The notes below the pieces were generated by a model that was given only the letters and a program-made list of their open reading frames with translations, had not been told where the DNA came from and searched no databases. A stretch of DNA of 35,707 bases, taken from the IMG/VR virus record IMGVR_UViG_2049941000_000294, one strand, 5' to 3'. The position numbers and the translations under genes were made by a program. Below are positions 1 through 8,816 of the stretch, in pieces (position 1 is the first letter of the stretch; each line of letters begins with the position of its first letter). This DNA is from an uncultured virus (IMG/VR IMGVR_UViG_2049941000_000294) (lineage: Duplodnaviria > Heunggongvirae > Uroviricota > Caudoviricetes).

Positions 1-364
1 GTTAGGCGATGTAAATGCGTCTTCGCTGAAGACATCAAAGTTCTTGGATGCCGGATTTGTTTCGTTCGAATTTTCCGATGATGTTGACCCGGAATTGGGG
101 ATGACAGAATGGAAAGCTTGGCAGATGGCCGAGAATTGGGAAGTTGGACAAGTTAAACGTGTCTATTGCTCTAACGTAAGTACTGTACGTAATGTGCCTG
201 TATATTATGACGCTGATTCGTCTTGGAAAATGGTTCCTTTTTATAAGAATTGCTATAGAGAATTTAGATGCGTGGGCACTCGCAGCGTTACTGAAGACGA
301 AATATCTCGGACGTATGCCGTTCTTCTCGTTAATGGCGGCTCTTACACCGAAAGTCAAACGTAA
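1..364 (+). CDS. C-terminal fragment of an unknown protein, possibly tail-associated
   Basis: Frame is open from the window edge to TAA at 362-364; no recognisable motif; short contig bounded by a gap. Confidence 0.35.
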   Translation, partial: LGDVNASSLKTSKFLDAGFVSFEFSDDVDPELGMTEWKAWQMAENWEVGQVKRVYCSNVSTVRNVPVYYDADSSWKMVPFYKNCYREFRCVGTRSVTEDEISRTYAVLLVNGGSYTESQT

Positions 365-447
365 GGANNNNNNNNNNNNNNNNNNNNNNNNNNNNNNNNN
401 NNNNNNNNNNNNNNNNNNNNNNNNNNNNNNNNNNNNNNNNNNNNNAT

Positions 448-1582
448 TCTAGCAAGTTTGTACGTAAAAATTCGGCTGAATATTTCGATTTTTTAAAATT
501 TGCCACGCTGGAAAAATTCGATTTGAACGACAAGAGTTATTGGCGATTCGGTGGGTACAACACATCGACTGGCAACTATGGCTCGGGATATGATGATAGA
601 CTTTGTACGAATAAATATTACTTTACAGATGAATCGTATGCCGGTTTGACTTTAAAGCCCGGTGTCACTGCAAAGGTATATCTTTATGGGTGGGATAAAG
701 ATGGTAACTATTGCGGAGATGCTAGGCGCGTTGACAATGTTACACAAGCTAACAAAACGATAGAATTTTACAAGTCTATAAACCCGTCGGCAGTTTTATT
801 CGCGTTCTCGCTCACCGAAATTAGCGGTACTGCTGTATCCGTTGATAATCTCGATGGCGTCGGTGAATTTTCCGATACGTTGAAGGGCTTAAAACTTGCG
901 TTGAACGACGACTTTGAAAGTAATTACAAACAGTTATTAAAAGTGCTCAAAACGCCGATAGATTTGAACGACAAGAGTTATTGGCGATTCGGTGGGTACG
1001 ACACATCGACTGGCAACTATGGCTCGGGATATAACAACAGACTTTGTACTAACAAAAGATTTAATGTTGACAAGAGCGAAATAATAACCTTTACAAAAAA
1101 GACTGGAATAAGCGCAACATTTTACATGTATGCGTGGGACAAGTCTGGAACATACTTGGGCCAAAAGGCGACAACGTCGGTTCCTTTGCTGTTGTCTCTT
1201 TATCCTACGACACAGTATGTGGCGTTCAGCCTTGTCAACGTTTCCGGGACAACGGTTTCCGTTGACAACTTGCAAAATATCGGTACGATGAGCCCGGTCG
1301 AGGTGTACTACGATGGATTCCTCGAATCGTTGGATGACCGTATAAAGTATGCGTCACAAGTTTACGGGCTTCCTCGAAACGTTGTACCGAAGTTAAAGGT
1401 CGCTACGAAAAAGCCATGCATTTCATTTATCTTCGATGATGCCGCTGAAAATGATGCCCTTATTGTGGATTTGTTCGACACGAAAGGGATTACTTGCGGT
1501 TTTGCGTTCATTGCTGAATTTAGACGTATTGAATCGCCATTGTCCGAAACGTATCTTGAATATCAAAATAAGGGGTACGAAA
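448..1582 (+). CDS. Partial protein with two tandem ~147-aa repeats and the N-terminal half of a NodB/CE4 polysaccharide deacetylase domain
   Basis: Frame is open between gaps; repeats start DLNDKSYWRFGGY; ends with PCISFIFDD...LFDTKGITCGFAF...YQNKGYE, the typical CE4 start. Confidence 0.65.
520..1056 (+). repeat. Near-identical ~95-bp direct repeat (520-615 and 961-1056), period 441 bp
   Basis: gatttgaacgacaagagttattggcgattcggtgggtac(a/g)acacatcgactggcaactatggctcgggatat occurs twice. Confidence 0.95.
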
Positions 1583-1592
1583 NNNNNNNNNN

Positions 1593-1856
1593 TTGAGCGA
1601 AATCGAACTGCTTTTTGAACGAATTAGAAACGGAATCGACAATTCTTTTAATGCCGCCAAAAACACGCTCAGCTCCGGCACCGATTGCAGCCCATTTGGC
1701 GACGCTGCCCAAAGATTCAATCTTTTTTTGGAGACTGTCAAAAACAGGACCGACGCTTTGGACCTGCTTTTTAACGGTAGAAACGTTGTTTACAACCGCA
1801 TCGACGGAGCTTTTATTGACGTTCAACCCGATCTGGGCATTTATTTTACTGGCCAT
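1593..1856 (-). CDS. Tape measure protein, N-terminal fragment
   Basis: Directly follows the tail chaperone pair; helical A/S/K-rich sequence MASKINAQIGLNV...; cut by a gap. Confidence 0.65.
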
Positions 1857-1917
1857 GATTCAAATATCATCCAATGCAGGCTAAAAAAGAACCTTTTTAA
1901 CACATCTTTTTTTACGC

Positions 1918-1946
1918 AAAAAGCCTGCAGCGTTCGCCCCAGGCTT
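1918..1946 (-). terminator. Intrinsic terminator-like hairpin after the chaperone genes
   Basis: Minus strand AAGCCTG-N12-CAGGCTT followed by TTT. Confidence 0.5.
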
Positions 1947-1971
1947 AATAATCTAACTCAAAGAATGGGTT

Positions 1972-2142
1972 TCACTTCACAGATTTCGGAGTTTTCCATT
2001 TAAGGAATTTTTCAGCGGCTTTCAGGCTGTATTTAAATTCTTCCGAGCCAAGCTCCATTATCTCTCTGTAAGACCAATGGAACACGCCTGCAAGCACAGC
2101 AAAACCGTCATCAAGGCCTACGCCCCGCCATTGGCTAAAAAA
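1972..2142 (-). CDS. P2 gpE'-like frameshift extension of the tail assembly chaperone
   Basis: -1 frame from TTTTTTA (2142-2136) reads FFSQWRGVGLDDGFAVLAGVFHWSYREIMELGSEEFKYSLKAAEKFLKWKTPKSVK*; LAxVFHWS..EI.EL is the gpE' pattern. Confidence 0.8.
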   Translation of the reverse strand, partial: FFSQWRGVGLDDGFAVLAGVFHWSYREIMELGSEEFKYSLKAAEKFLKWKTPKSVK

Positions 2143-2348
2143 TTTGCGGCAACCTCGGCGATGGCATTCACGTCACAAGAGCTCATGTTGAGCACCGTAT
2201 TTTCGGAAAGTCCGGTCGCACAGACGACGAGAGCGATTTCGGCATCTCCGTTGCCTTTGCAATTGCCGATAGCCTTGTTGTCACGTCCGGTGTATTGCTC
2301 CCGGATGACGACAGATTCAATCTTTTCGCCGTTCGGCTTAGTAATAGG
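2118..2348 (-). CDS. Tail assembly chaperone (P2 gpE/Mu gp41-like), 5' partial
   Basis: PITKPNGEKIESVVIRE.TGRD...ATGLS...LNMSSCDVNAIAEVAANFL; slippery site at its 3' end. Confidence 0.75.
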   Translation of the reverse strand, partial: PITKPNGEKIESVVIREQYTGRDNKAIGNCKGNGDAEIALVVCATGLSENTVLNMSSCDVNAIAEVAANFLANGGA

Positions 2349-2358
2349 NNNNNNNNNN

Positions 2359-2694
2359 AAGCTGATAGACAATAACGCCATTCGACTCGTCGGCAAATTC
2401 GACTGCTTTCAAGCGAAGCGGCTTATGGAACCCGTCTTTTTGCACAAGTTCAAAGACATCGCCCTTGCGGGCCACCTGCCCCGGCAAATCAATCTTACGG
2501 ACCGACAGACGCGGGCGGTGAGAGATAGCGGCCACATCGGTACTAGGATCATCCTCGACAACCATAGTATCATAGAGACCGTGCATAGAATATCGTTCGG
2601 AACCACGAACCAAAACCACGGCATCACCGAAAGCCTCAACGTCGAAAAAAACGTCGTTTAAATCTTCATTCAGGCTTTCGGAAAATGCACTCAC
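2359..2694 (-). CDS. Head-tail joining protein (lambda FII-like), copy 2, 3' end in gap
   Basis: Follows the capsid gene; clearly homologous to 5433-5777. Confidence 0.7.
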
Positions 2695-2704
2695 GGTTTA
2701 GTTC

Positions 2705-3733
2705 CTAGAGGTTGACGACCTTTGCCCAGGCAATACCGTTCGGCTGCTGCAATACAGCGAGAGGACGGCTCTTCATGATGAGCTTCTGGACTTCATCGTC
2801 TTCGTCGTAGATAGTCTTGGCGAAGCGTTCCGCACGGAACCAACCGTCCTTGACGTTACCGACGCAACCGAAGTACAGCTTGGCTGCAAGGCCTTCGCCA
2901 ATAGCGAGCACTTTGTCCTTCGGAACAAAGAAAGCCTTATTCTTGTTGACCGTGTAGGAATCGTTGTAGATCCAAATGCGGCTACCGTTGTGATAACCGA
3001 CAAGCTTGGCACCGTTACTGTTGACGCCGCCGCCAAGATCCATGGAATTACCCGTCACGTGGATGCGGTCAAAATCCTTCATGAACTTATCGTTCGCACG
3101 GGCAGCCTTCCAAGCGGCAGAACCAAAGATTTTGTCAGCAACAGCCAAACCGGAGTCTTCGTTGACGACGGTGTCGAGGTCGGAAAGGTCGCCGATAACA
3201 TCTGCACCGGAACCGGTCCACAGGTAATCACCAGCCTTAGTAATCTTGTGGGAAGTCTTGACATCGAAAGAAATGCTGTCAATCACCTTTCCATCTTCGT
3301 CAAGAATGTCATAACCAGCTTCGAAAAGCGCCTTGGAGCAAATCATTTCGATGGTGCGGTTGATGCGATTGCTCAGGTCGGTAGTGTCGTTGCCCAAGAT
3401 AAAGGCCTGTCTGTCGTTCGGGTCCATCGGATCCACAAGAACGGCAGGGTCGCCGGGCTGAGCCTTGAGCACGTCAAAAGCGTCCGTCGGACGTTCCAAA
3501 GCGATTTCGTAGCAATGGAACGGTCTCTTGTTATAACCGGCACGTTTCGTAATCGTGCGTTTTGCTCCTTCACGCTTGAACGGAGCAAGCAAGTGCGTTC
3601 CTTCCACCGTATCAAGTTCCGCATTCACGGTCTTGAGCGTTTCCGTCTGGAAAAAGCTAGAAAGGAAACGGTGCGGCGGCAGGTTGTTGTTGACCTGCTT
3701 GGTAAGAGTTGCGACATTCATAAAATCAGGCAT
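2705..3733 (-). CDS. Major capsid protein (lambda gpE family), copy 2
   Basis: 342 aa; LAPF, L.NRI.RT.E.IC.KAL and C-terminal SRPL motifs; downstream of a decoration gene. Confidence 0.85.
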   Translation of the reverse strand: MPDFMNVATLTKQVNNNLPPHRFLSSFFQTETLKTVNAELDTVEGTHLLAPFKREGAKRTITKRAGYNKRPFHCYEIALERPTDAFDVLKAQPGDPAVLVDPMDPNDRQAFILGNDTTDLSNRINRTIEMICSKALFEAGYDILDEDGKVIDSISFDVKTSHKITKAGDYLWTGSGADVIGDLSDLDTVVNEDSGLAVADKIFGSAAWKAARANDKFMKDFDRIHVTGNSMDLGGGVNSNGAKLVGYHNGSRIWIYNDSYTVNKNKAFFVPKDKVLAIGEGLAAKLYFGCVGNVKDGWFRAERFAKTIYDEDDEVQKLIMKSRPLAVLQQPNGIAWAKVVNL

Positions 3734-3745
3734 GTCATCCTCCTT

Positions 3746-4438
3746 TTATTCGTTGACAGTGCGTGGGAAGATACCGATCTTGCGCAAAGCCTTCAAGAAA
3801 TTGTTGATGGAATCGCCTTCGGCGAATTTGAGTTCGGCAACGTCCACTTCGCCAGTGAAAGCGATGGAACCGTACTTGCCCGCCTCGGTGTCTTCGAGCA
3901 AGACGCCGACAGGATCCTGCAATGCAGCCGTGCCGCTGTCAGAATCCGCGATTTCGAAGAGTTCATCGCCAATGGACTGACCGATAACTTCGACTGTCAC
4001 GGCACCAGCGGTAAGACCAGTACCGTCACCGAGCGTCACGACGATTTCCATGTCGTTACCAGCAAAGCCGTTTTCCTTCCATTCGATAGTAAGTTTGCCA
4101 GAAGAATTGTCAGCGGCAACAATCGCAGAAAGTGCAGAATCGCCATTGATCGCAGCCTTGATGCCCGCGACTTCGGTAGCGAGAGTCGTGGAAGCGGTCG
4201 TGTAGGTCACTTCCTTGCCGTTGACAGCAACCTTGACAGTCTTGCTTGCAACCGGAGTGCCCGTGAAGGTCACGGACTTCTTGGCCTTGCTCGCGGAAGT
4301 CGCTACGCCACGGGAGGCAAGCACAGAACCGGCCTGAAGGTCGGCACCGTAAATGATACCGGAGCCGATATTGCGAGGCTGAGTGTCACCTGCAAAGATT
4401 TTCTTGTTTTCAAAAACAATAGGTTCAAACATTTTCAC
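3746..4438 (-). CDS. Head decoration protein (gpD-like) with inserted domain, copy 2
   Basis: FAGD...L.AGSVL N-terminus and D.G...PVGVLLED...TGE C-terminus flank a T/A/V-rich insert; SD GGAGG. Confidence 0.7.
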   Translation of the reverse strand: MKMFEPIVFENKKIFAGDTQPRNIGSGIIYGADLQAGSVLASRGVATSASKAKKSVTFTGTPVASKTVKVAVNGKEVTYTTASTTLATEVAGIKAAINGDSALSAIVAADNSSGKLTIEWKENGFAGNDMEIVVTLGDGTGLTAGAVTVEVIGQSIGDELFEIADSDSGTAALQDPVGVLLEDTEAGKYGSIAFTGEVDVAELKFAEGDSINNFLKALRKIGIFPRTVNE

Positions 4439-4444
4439 CTCCTT

Positions 4445-4861
4445 TTATCGAAAGTTTTTTGCACCGGCGGCGAACGCGTCAAAAGCACGCTTATCGGCAT
4501 CGGACGCCGGTTCAGCAGTACCGGCCTGGACAGAGTTAGCGGCAACGGCACCAGCGGCCATTCCCTTGGCAATCAGAGCCTTCTGTTCTGCAGTAAGACC
4601 GGCGGTAGCGGTAGGATCTGCAGCGGGATTAGCGGAAGCAGCCGAAGCGGACGGAGCCGCAGTTTTAGCTTCAGCAAGCTGCTTCTTGCAGGCCTCAAGA
4701 CAAAACGCTTTCGCTTCATCAACCGTCTTGCCTTCGGCGATAAACTTTTCGCGATCGCCGTCAAGGCCAAGGCCTTCGAAAGCGGAGGAAATACCCGCAA
4801 TTCGGGTACGTTCGGCGGCAATAGCCTCTTGACGCACAGCATCCACATCCACAGTGGCCTG
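4445..4861 (-). CDS. Scaffold (C-terminal) part of capsid protease, copy 2, partial
   Basis: A..AER.RIAGI...FIAEGKTVDEAK matches the C-terminal part of 7513-8814. Confidence 0.7.
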   Translation of the reverse strand, partial: QATVDVDAVRQEAIAAERTRIAGISSAFEGLGLDGDREKFIAEGKTVDEAKAFCLEACKKQLAEAKTAAPSASAASANPAADPTATAGLTAEQKALIAKGMAAGAVAANSVQAGTAEPASDADKRAFDAFAAGAKNFR

Positions 4862-4871
4862 NNNNNNNNNN

Positions 4872-5436
4872 TAAAAGTCATCGACTGACTACCAGTCTTG
4901 AGCTCGTTATTCGCACGTAAGAAATCCTTCGTCGCTGCGGACCTGTCGATTTTCGCGGTAAACGAAACTTCGAAAGTGATCCTCGCGGCTCCGCGCTCTG
5001 TTTCGGAACGCACGGAAAGATTATTGCTATACGATTTCAGAACACACTTGCTAACCAGACCGCCATAAGGACCGACCCAATACGTACAAGGTTCAACAAC
5101 GGCGCAAATTGCATGCATGGTATCGTCGAGAAAATCATTCAAGTCAGAATCGGAATTCACACTGTCGATATTGCTTTCGTCGCTCAAAAAACTACGCGCA
5201 TATATATCGATGTACAATTCCGATTTGGCATAATAAAAACGGGGATTCGTCGCCTTGTCGTCAAAGTCGATGTTAGGTACATTGACGATGATAAAAGACT
5301 GCTCTTCTGGCCAGGCTTTCTTTTTTCGCGAAGCGGAAACGTTTGAGCCTATTCCGTTAAGGTCAGCCGTCTTGAGAGTATTGACAACGGCATGGCGAAA
5401 CGCCTTGATGCAATTCAAAGTTCTCGCCGTCGTCAT
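4872..5436 (-). CDS. Tail terminator/completion protein (gpU-like), 3' partial
   Basis: Translationally coupled to the FII-like gene; IKAFRHAVV..LK start and LDD...I pattern. Confidence 0.55.
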
Positions 5437-5777
5437 TTGGTTTCCTCCAGACGGTACACGACAACCCCGTCCTTTTCACTTACAAAGTCAATAGCAGAAA
5501 GTTTCATCGCTGGATGAAACGGCGTTTTACCCATCGTGAACACGTCCATCTTGCGTGGTTTCGAATCCGGAAGATCCGAAATACGAACAAACAAACGTGG
5601 CGCATGGGCAATCGCAGCAACTTCACCGACGCTTTCGTTGGCGACCTCAGGAGAGTCGTAGAGACCCTTCATCGCGTAGCTATTACCACCGCGAATCAAA
5701 GTCACTTCCTCGCCGAATTCGTCCGTATTAAAAAACGAACCGGCGAGGTCATCCATGAGGTCATCCTTGAAAGCCAT
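5433..5777 (-). CDS. Head-tail joining protein (lambda FII-like), copy 1
   Basis: MAFKDDLMDDL..FFNTDEFGE start; position after capsid. Confidence 0.75.
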   Translation of the reverse strand: MAFKDDLMDDLAGSFFNTDEFGEEVTLIRGGNSYAMKGLYDSPEVANESVGEVAAIAHAPRLFVRISDLPDSKPRKMDVFTMGKTPFHPAMKLSAIDFVSEKDGVVVYRLEETK

Positions 5778-5779
5778 CT

Positions 5780-6817
5780 TTACACAACCTTACGGGAGAT
5801 AATGCCACCACCGCACTGAGGCACGAACAGCGGACAAGATTCTTCTTCGAGGATCTTGGATTTACCATCCTTGATCCAAGTGTAAGCGTAAGACTGACAG
5901 ACGTTCAGCGTGCCATCAGTGCCATCGGCGATAGCACCGTAGTGCATCTTGAATCCAGCGCCAGCACCGATAATCGTGATACGATCCTTCGGATACATTT
6001 CGACATCTTTCTTTTCGATTTCGTCGTAGAAGAAATCGTCGTAAGTGACGATGTCCATGCCGAGAATTCTGGCTTCACGGGTAACGTAATCGGTATCCAT
6101 TTCGCCAGGTTCAACTTCGCCAAAGTTCATGCGCTTATTGTCCATGTATTCCTTGACGGCCTTATTTTCAATAAACGCTTCGTAAGCCTCGGAACCCATA
6201 ACGCAAATGAAACCGCGACCACCGCCATTCTTTGCAAGAAGACGTTTCTGGTTACGCAAGTAAATAATCGGATTGGAGTTTTCGGCGTCGAACTTGTCTC
6301 CAGCAGCGGCAGCAGTCAGGTTGGCGGCAGGGATATTCAGATTGATGGTACGCTTACCACCATCAAAGATCACTTCCACCTTGCCGGTTGTCATAGCTTC
6401 GATGATCTGTTGTTCTTCGCGACGTTCAATGGACTGGCGAAGATCCATCGAGTCCTTCATCAGCTTCTGGAATCGAATTTTCTCCGGAGAAGCATTGCCA
6501 CTGTCGTACGTAAACACCTGTTCGGCATTTGCAGCAAGTTCAACATCGCGTCGAGTCAAATTGCGTTTCGGATGCAACGTCGGCACAGTCACGACCAGAC
6601 GTTCGTAACCATCGCGACCGACAACCTTGCCGTCTTCGTCATCGTCGGAAACATACGGAGCGATGATTCGCGTTTGCTTTTCCATTTGGAGGACGAGGTT
6701 CTTTGTCTTGTGCAGGTCCGTCGCGCACATCTTGCGGAAGAACTGCGAGGGTTTGAAGCTTTCGCTAAGGAGCTTCGTCAGCTCGTGGCGATCTTCGAGA
6801 GTAATTGCTTCAGACAT
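5780..6817 (-). CDS. Major capsid protein (lambda gpE family), copy 1
   Basis: 345 aa; IAPYV, L..SIERREE....A..TGK and ESCPL motifs; SD AGGAG. Confidence 0.88.
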   Translation of the reverse strand: MSEAITLEDRHELTKLLSESFKPSQFFRKMCATDLHKTKNLVLQMEKQTRIIAPYVSDDDEDGKVVGRDGYERLVVTVPTLHPKRNLTRRDVELAANAEQVFTYDSGNASPEKIRFQKLMKDSMDLRQSIERREEQQIIEAMTTGKVEVIFDGGKRTINLNIPAANLTAAAAGDKFDAENSNPIIYLRNQKRLLAKNGGGRGFICVMGSEAYEAFIENKAVKEYMDNKRMNFGEVEPGEMDTDYVTREARILGMDIVTYDDFFYDEIEKKDVEMYPKDRITIIGAGAGFKMHYGAIADGTDGTLNVCQSYAYTWIKDGKSKILEEESCPLFVPQCGGGIISRKVV

Positions 6818-6837
6818 GATTCATACTCCTTTTGTTG

Positions 6838-7509
6838 TTATTCCTTGACAGCGGCAACGCCCTTGAAGAAAAGGCAACGTGCGGCAAGTTTATCCTTAAC
6901 GGTCTTTGCATTGATATTTTCGTCGATAATGGCCGCAGTACCGGCAAAGCAGCCGGTACGTGCCATTTCGGCATAACCCGCTTCGTCAGCAGCGGTCTTG
7001 ATATCCTTGAGAAGATAGCCGACCGGTTCTTCAGATGCGGACGCAATCGGGAAAAACCCGCCTTCGACAGCATCCTTACCTTCGACATCTTCGGACTTAG
7101 CGCCGATGGTAAGCGTTGCAGTCGTTTCGAGCGTGATGGTCGTAGAATCTTCACCAACAGCCTTAGCTTCGAGAACCAACTTGCTGTTCGTAGTGTCAGC
7201 CGTAACAGTGAACTTCGTGTCGGCAGCGGCGGCAGTCACGATCTTGCCAAGCACGGCGGCGATAGTAGTATCGCTGGAACCAACGTTGGCGACGTAACTT
7301 GCAGAGCCGATCGTGAGAGTCACGGTCTTGTCCGCAGCGGCAGTGTACGCCGACAGTGCGAAAGAATACTTAGCCTTAGCGCCATCGTCTTCGATGTGTT
7401 CGACAAGGATAGTTCCGCGCTTGAGATTCTGGTTTTTCCCGATTTTTACAGTTTCACGCTGGATCGGGAATTCGCCAGCGATATCATTGTCGAATTTGAG
7501 TTCGGCCAT
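6838..7509 (-). CDS. Head decoration protein (gpD-like) with inserted domain, copy 1
   Basis: IAGEFP...QNLKRGTIL and PVGYL..D...RTG.F halves separated by a ~95-aa insert. Confidence 0.72.
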   Translation of the reverse strand: MAELKFDNDIAGEFPIQRETVKIGKNQNLKRGTILVEHIEDDGAKAKYSFALSAYTAAADKTVTLTIGSASYVANVGSSDTTIAAVLGKIVTAAAADTKFTVTADTTNSKLVLEAKAVGEDSTTITLETTATLTIGAKSEDVEGKDAVEGGFFPIASASEEPVGYLLKDIKTAADEAGYAEMARTGCFAGTAAIIDENINAKTVKDKLAARCLFFKGVAAVKE

Positions 7510-7512
7510 AAC

Positions 7513-7965
7513 TTACCCCTTTTTGTAAAATTCGTCTCGTACTTCGGCAGCCCATTCGGCATGCTTTTTGGCTTCGTCGGATGCGGACGCGTCAGAACCG
7601 CCGTGAACGGAATTCTGTGCCGCATTGCTCTTTTCAAGAGCTTCAATCGCACGTGTCTTTTCGTCAGATGCAGAAGGCTTTTTCTTGGCTTCGTCAAGCT
7701 CGGCACGAACCTTCGTGAGTTCTTCAGCCTGAGCCTTGATTTTGTCCTTAGCCTTAGCAAGTGCGAATGCAGTAGCTTCGGCTACAGTCTTGTCGCCATC
7801 GATGAAACTGGCCTTTTCTTCGCCAGTAACATCGAGACCGGCAAAGACATCTTCGATGGAAGCGACGCGAGCCTTATAATCGGCAATAGCCTTGGCCTTA
7901 ACAGCTTCCACATCCACGGCCTCGGGCTTTTCAGCGCCTTCGGCTCCTTTAACGTTAGTTGCCAT
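7513..7965 (-). CDS. Nested scaffolding protein (Nu3-like internal start)
   Basis: In-frame ATG (MATNVKG) preceded by GGAGGT at 7977-7972, the lambda C/Nu3 arrangement. Confidence 0.65.
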   Translation of the reverse strand: MATNVKGAEGAEKPEAVDVEAVKAKAIADYKARVASIEDVFAGLDVTGEEKASFIDGDKTVAEATAFALAKAKDKIKAQAEELTKVRAELDEAKKKPSASDEKTRAIEALEKSNAAQNSVHGGSDASASDEAKKHAEWAAEVRDEFYKKG

Positions 7966-8814
7966 GACGGCACCTCCATTACTAATCCCCTGTCGTTTCA
8001 TTTCTTCGCAGACATCGTCAAGGGACATAACGCCGTCCGCAAGTTTCGCGGCGACAGCCTTGTCGCCGATAAACACGCCTCCCTGGCCAAAGTTTTGTTT
8101 TACGTCTTCAACGGTAGTGCCACGGTTACGGGCGACCGCTCCGATGAAAACTTCAGCAAGAGAGTTCAATTCTTCCTTGATAAGTTTCAGACCTTCCGGG
8201 TCGTTCGGGTCAGGAACTTTATTCGGGCTAAGGTCGGACACGACAACAGTCGTTTCGACGATAGACTTTTTGAAATTCGTAAACGCGCAAAGAACGCCGA
8301 TGGATCCAAGGGTCCCGTTGCTCGCCGTAAAAACCTTTTCGCAACTGGAACCAAGCCAATACGCGGCGGAGCACATCATCCCACCGGTGCGAGCAAAAAT
8401 TCCGTAAGGTTTCGAACCGCGAGCGTTAAAAATCTTATCTGCAAGGTCAGCGCAACCGCTCACCTCGCCACCAGGGCTGTTGATGTCAAAAAGGATACCT
8501 TTTACCGAGTCATCGGCAAGACATTCGTCGAACGCAGCTTCGATACTGTTGTATGTATCTTCATCAAAAAAGTAGGCAAGCCAGTTACTGCGATAAGAAA
8601 GGGCTCCGTCAACATGGATGACCGCAATTCCGTCTTCGCGACGGGTCACGTTGTTCACCATATCCCATTCGCCATCTTCCTTTTTTCCGCCAGTCCAATT
8701 TCCTTTTTCGTCCCAAAAAGTAACGGTATTCGACGCCATAACATCGGCATCTTCCTTGCGGATAGCAAGACGTGCACTCAAAATTCGATTCAACATTCCT
8801 TTTTTCATTCTCAA
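7513..8814 (-). CDS. Capsid maturation protease, S49 family (lambda gpC-like), with C-terminal scaffold
   Basis: DINSPGG, CSAAYWLGS and GSIGV motifs; lies between portal and decoration genes. Confidence 0.92.
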   Translation of the reverse strand: MRMKKGMLNRILSARLAIRKEDADVMASNTVTFWDEKGNWTGGKKEDGEWDMVNNVTRREDGIAVIHVDGALSYRSNWLAYFFDEDTYNSIEAAFDECLADDSVKGILFDINSPGGEVSGCADLADKIFNARGSKPYGIFARTGGMMCSAAYWLGSSCEKVFTASNGTLGSIGVLCAFTNFKKSIVETTVVVSDLSPNKVPDPNDPEGLKLIKEELNSLAEVFIGAVARNRGTTVEDVKQNFGQGGVFIGDKAVAAKLADGVMSLDDVCEEMKRQGISNGGAVMATNVKGAEGAEKPEAVDVEAVKAKAIADYKARVASIEDVFAGLDVTGEEKASFIDGDKTVAEATAFALAKAKDKIKAQAEELTKVRAELDEAKKKPSASDEKTRAIEALEKSNAAQNSVHGGSDASASDEAKKHAEWAAEVRDEFYKKG

Positions 8815-8816
8815 AC

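Noticed and set aside
520..1056. DGR template/variable repeat pair
   Set aside because: Differences go both ways and include C/T and G/T changes; both copies are in-frame domain starts; no reverse transcriptase in the window
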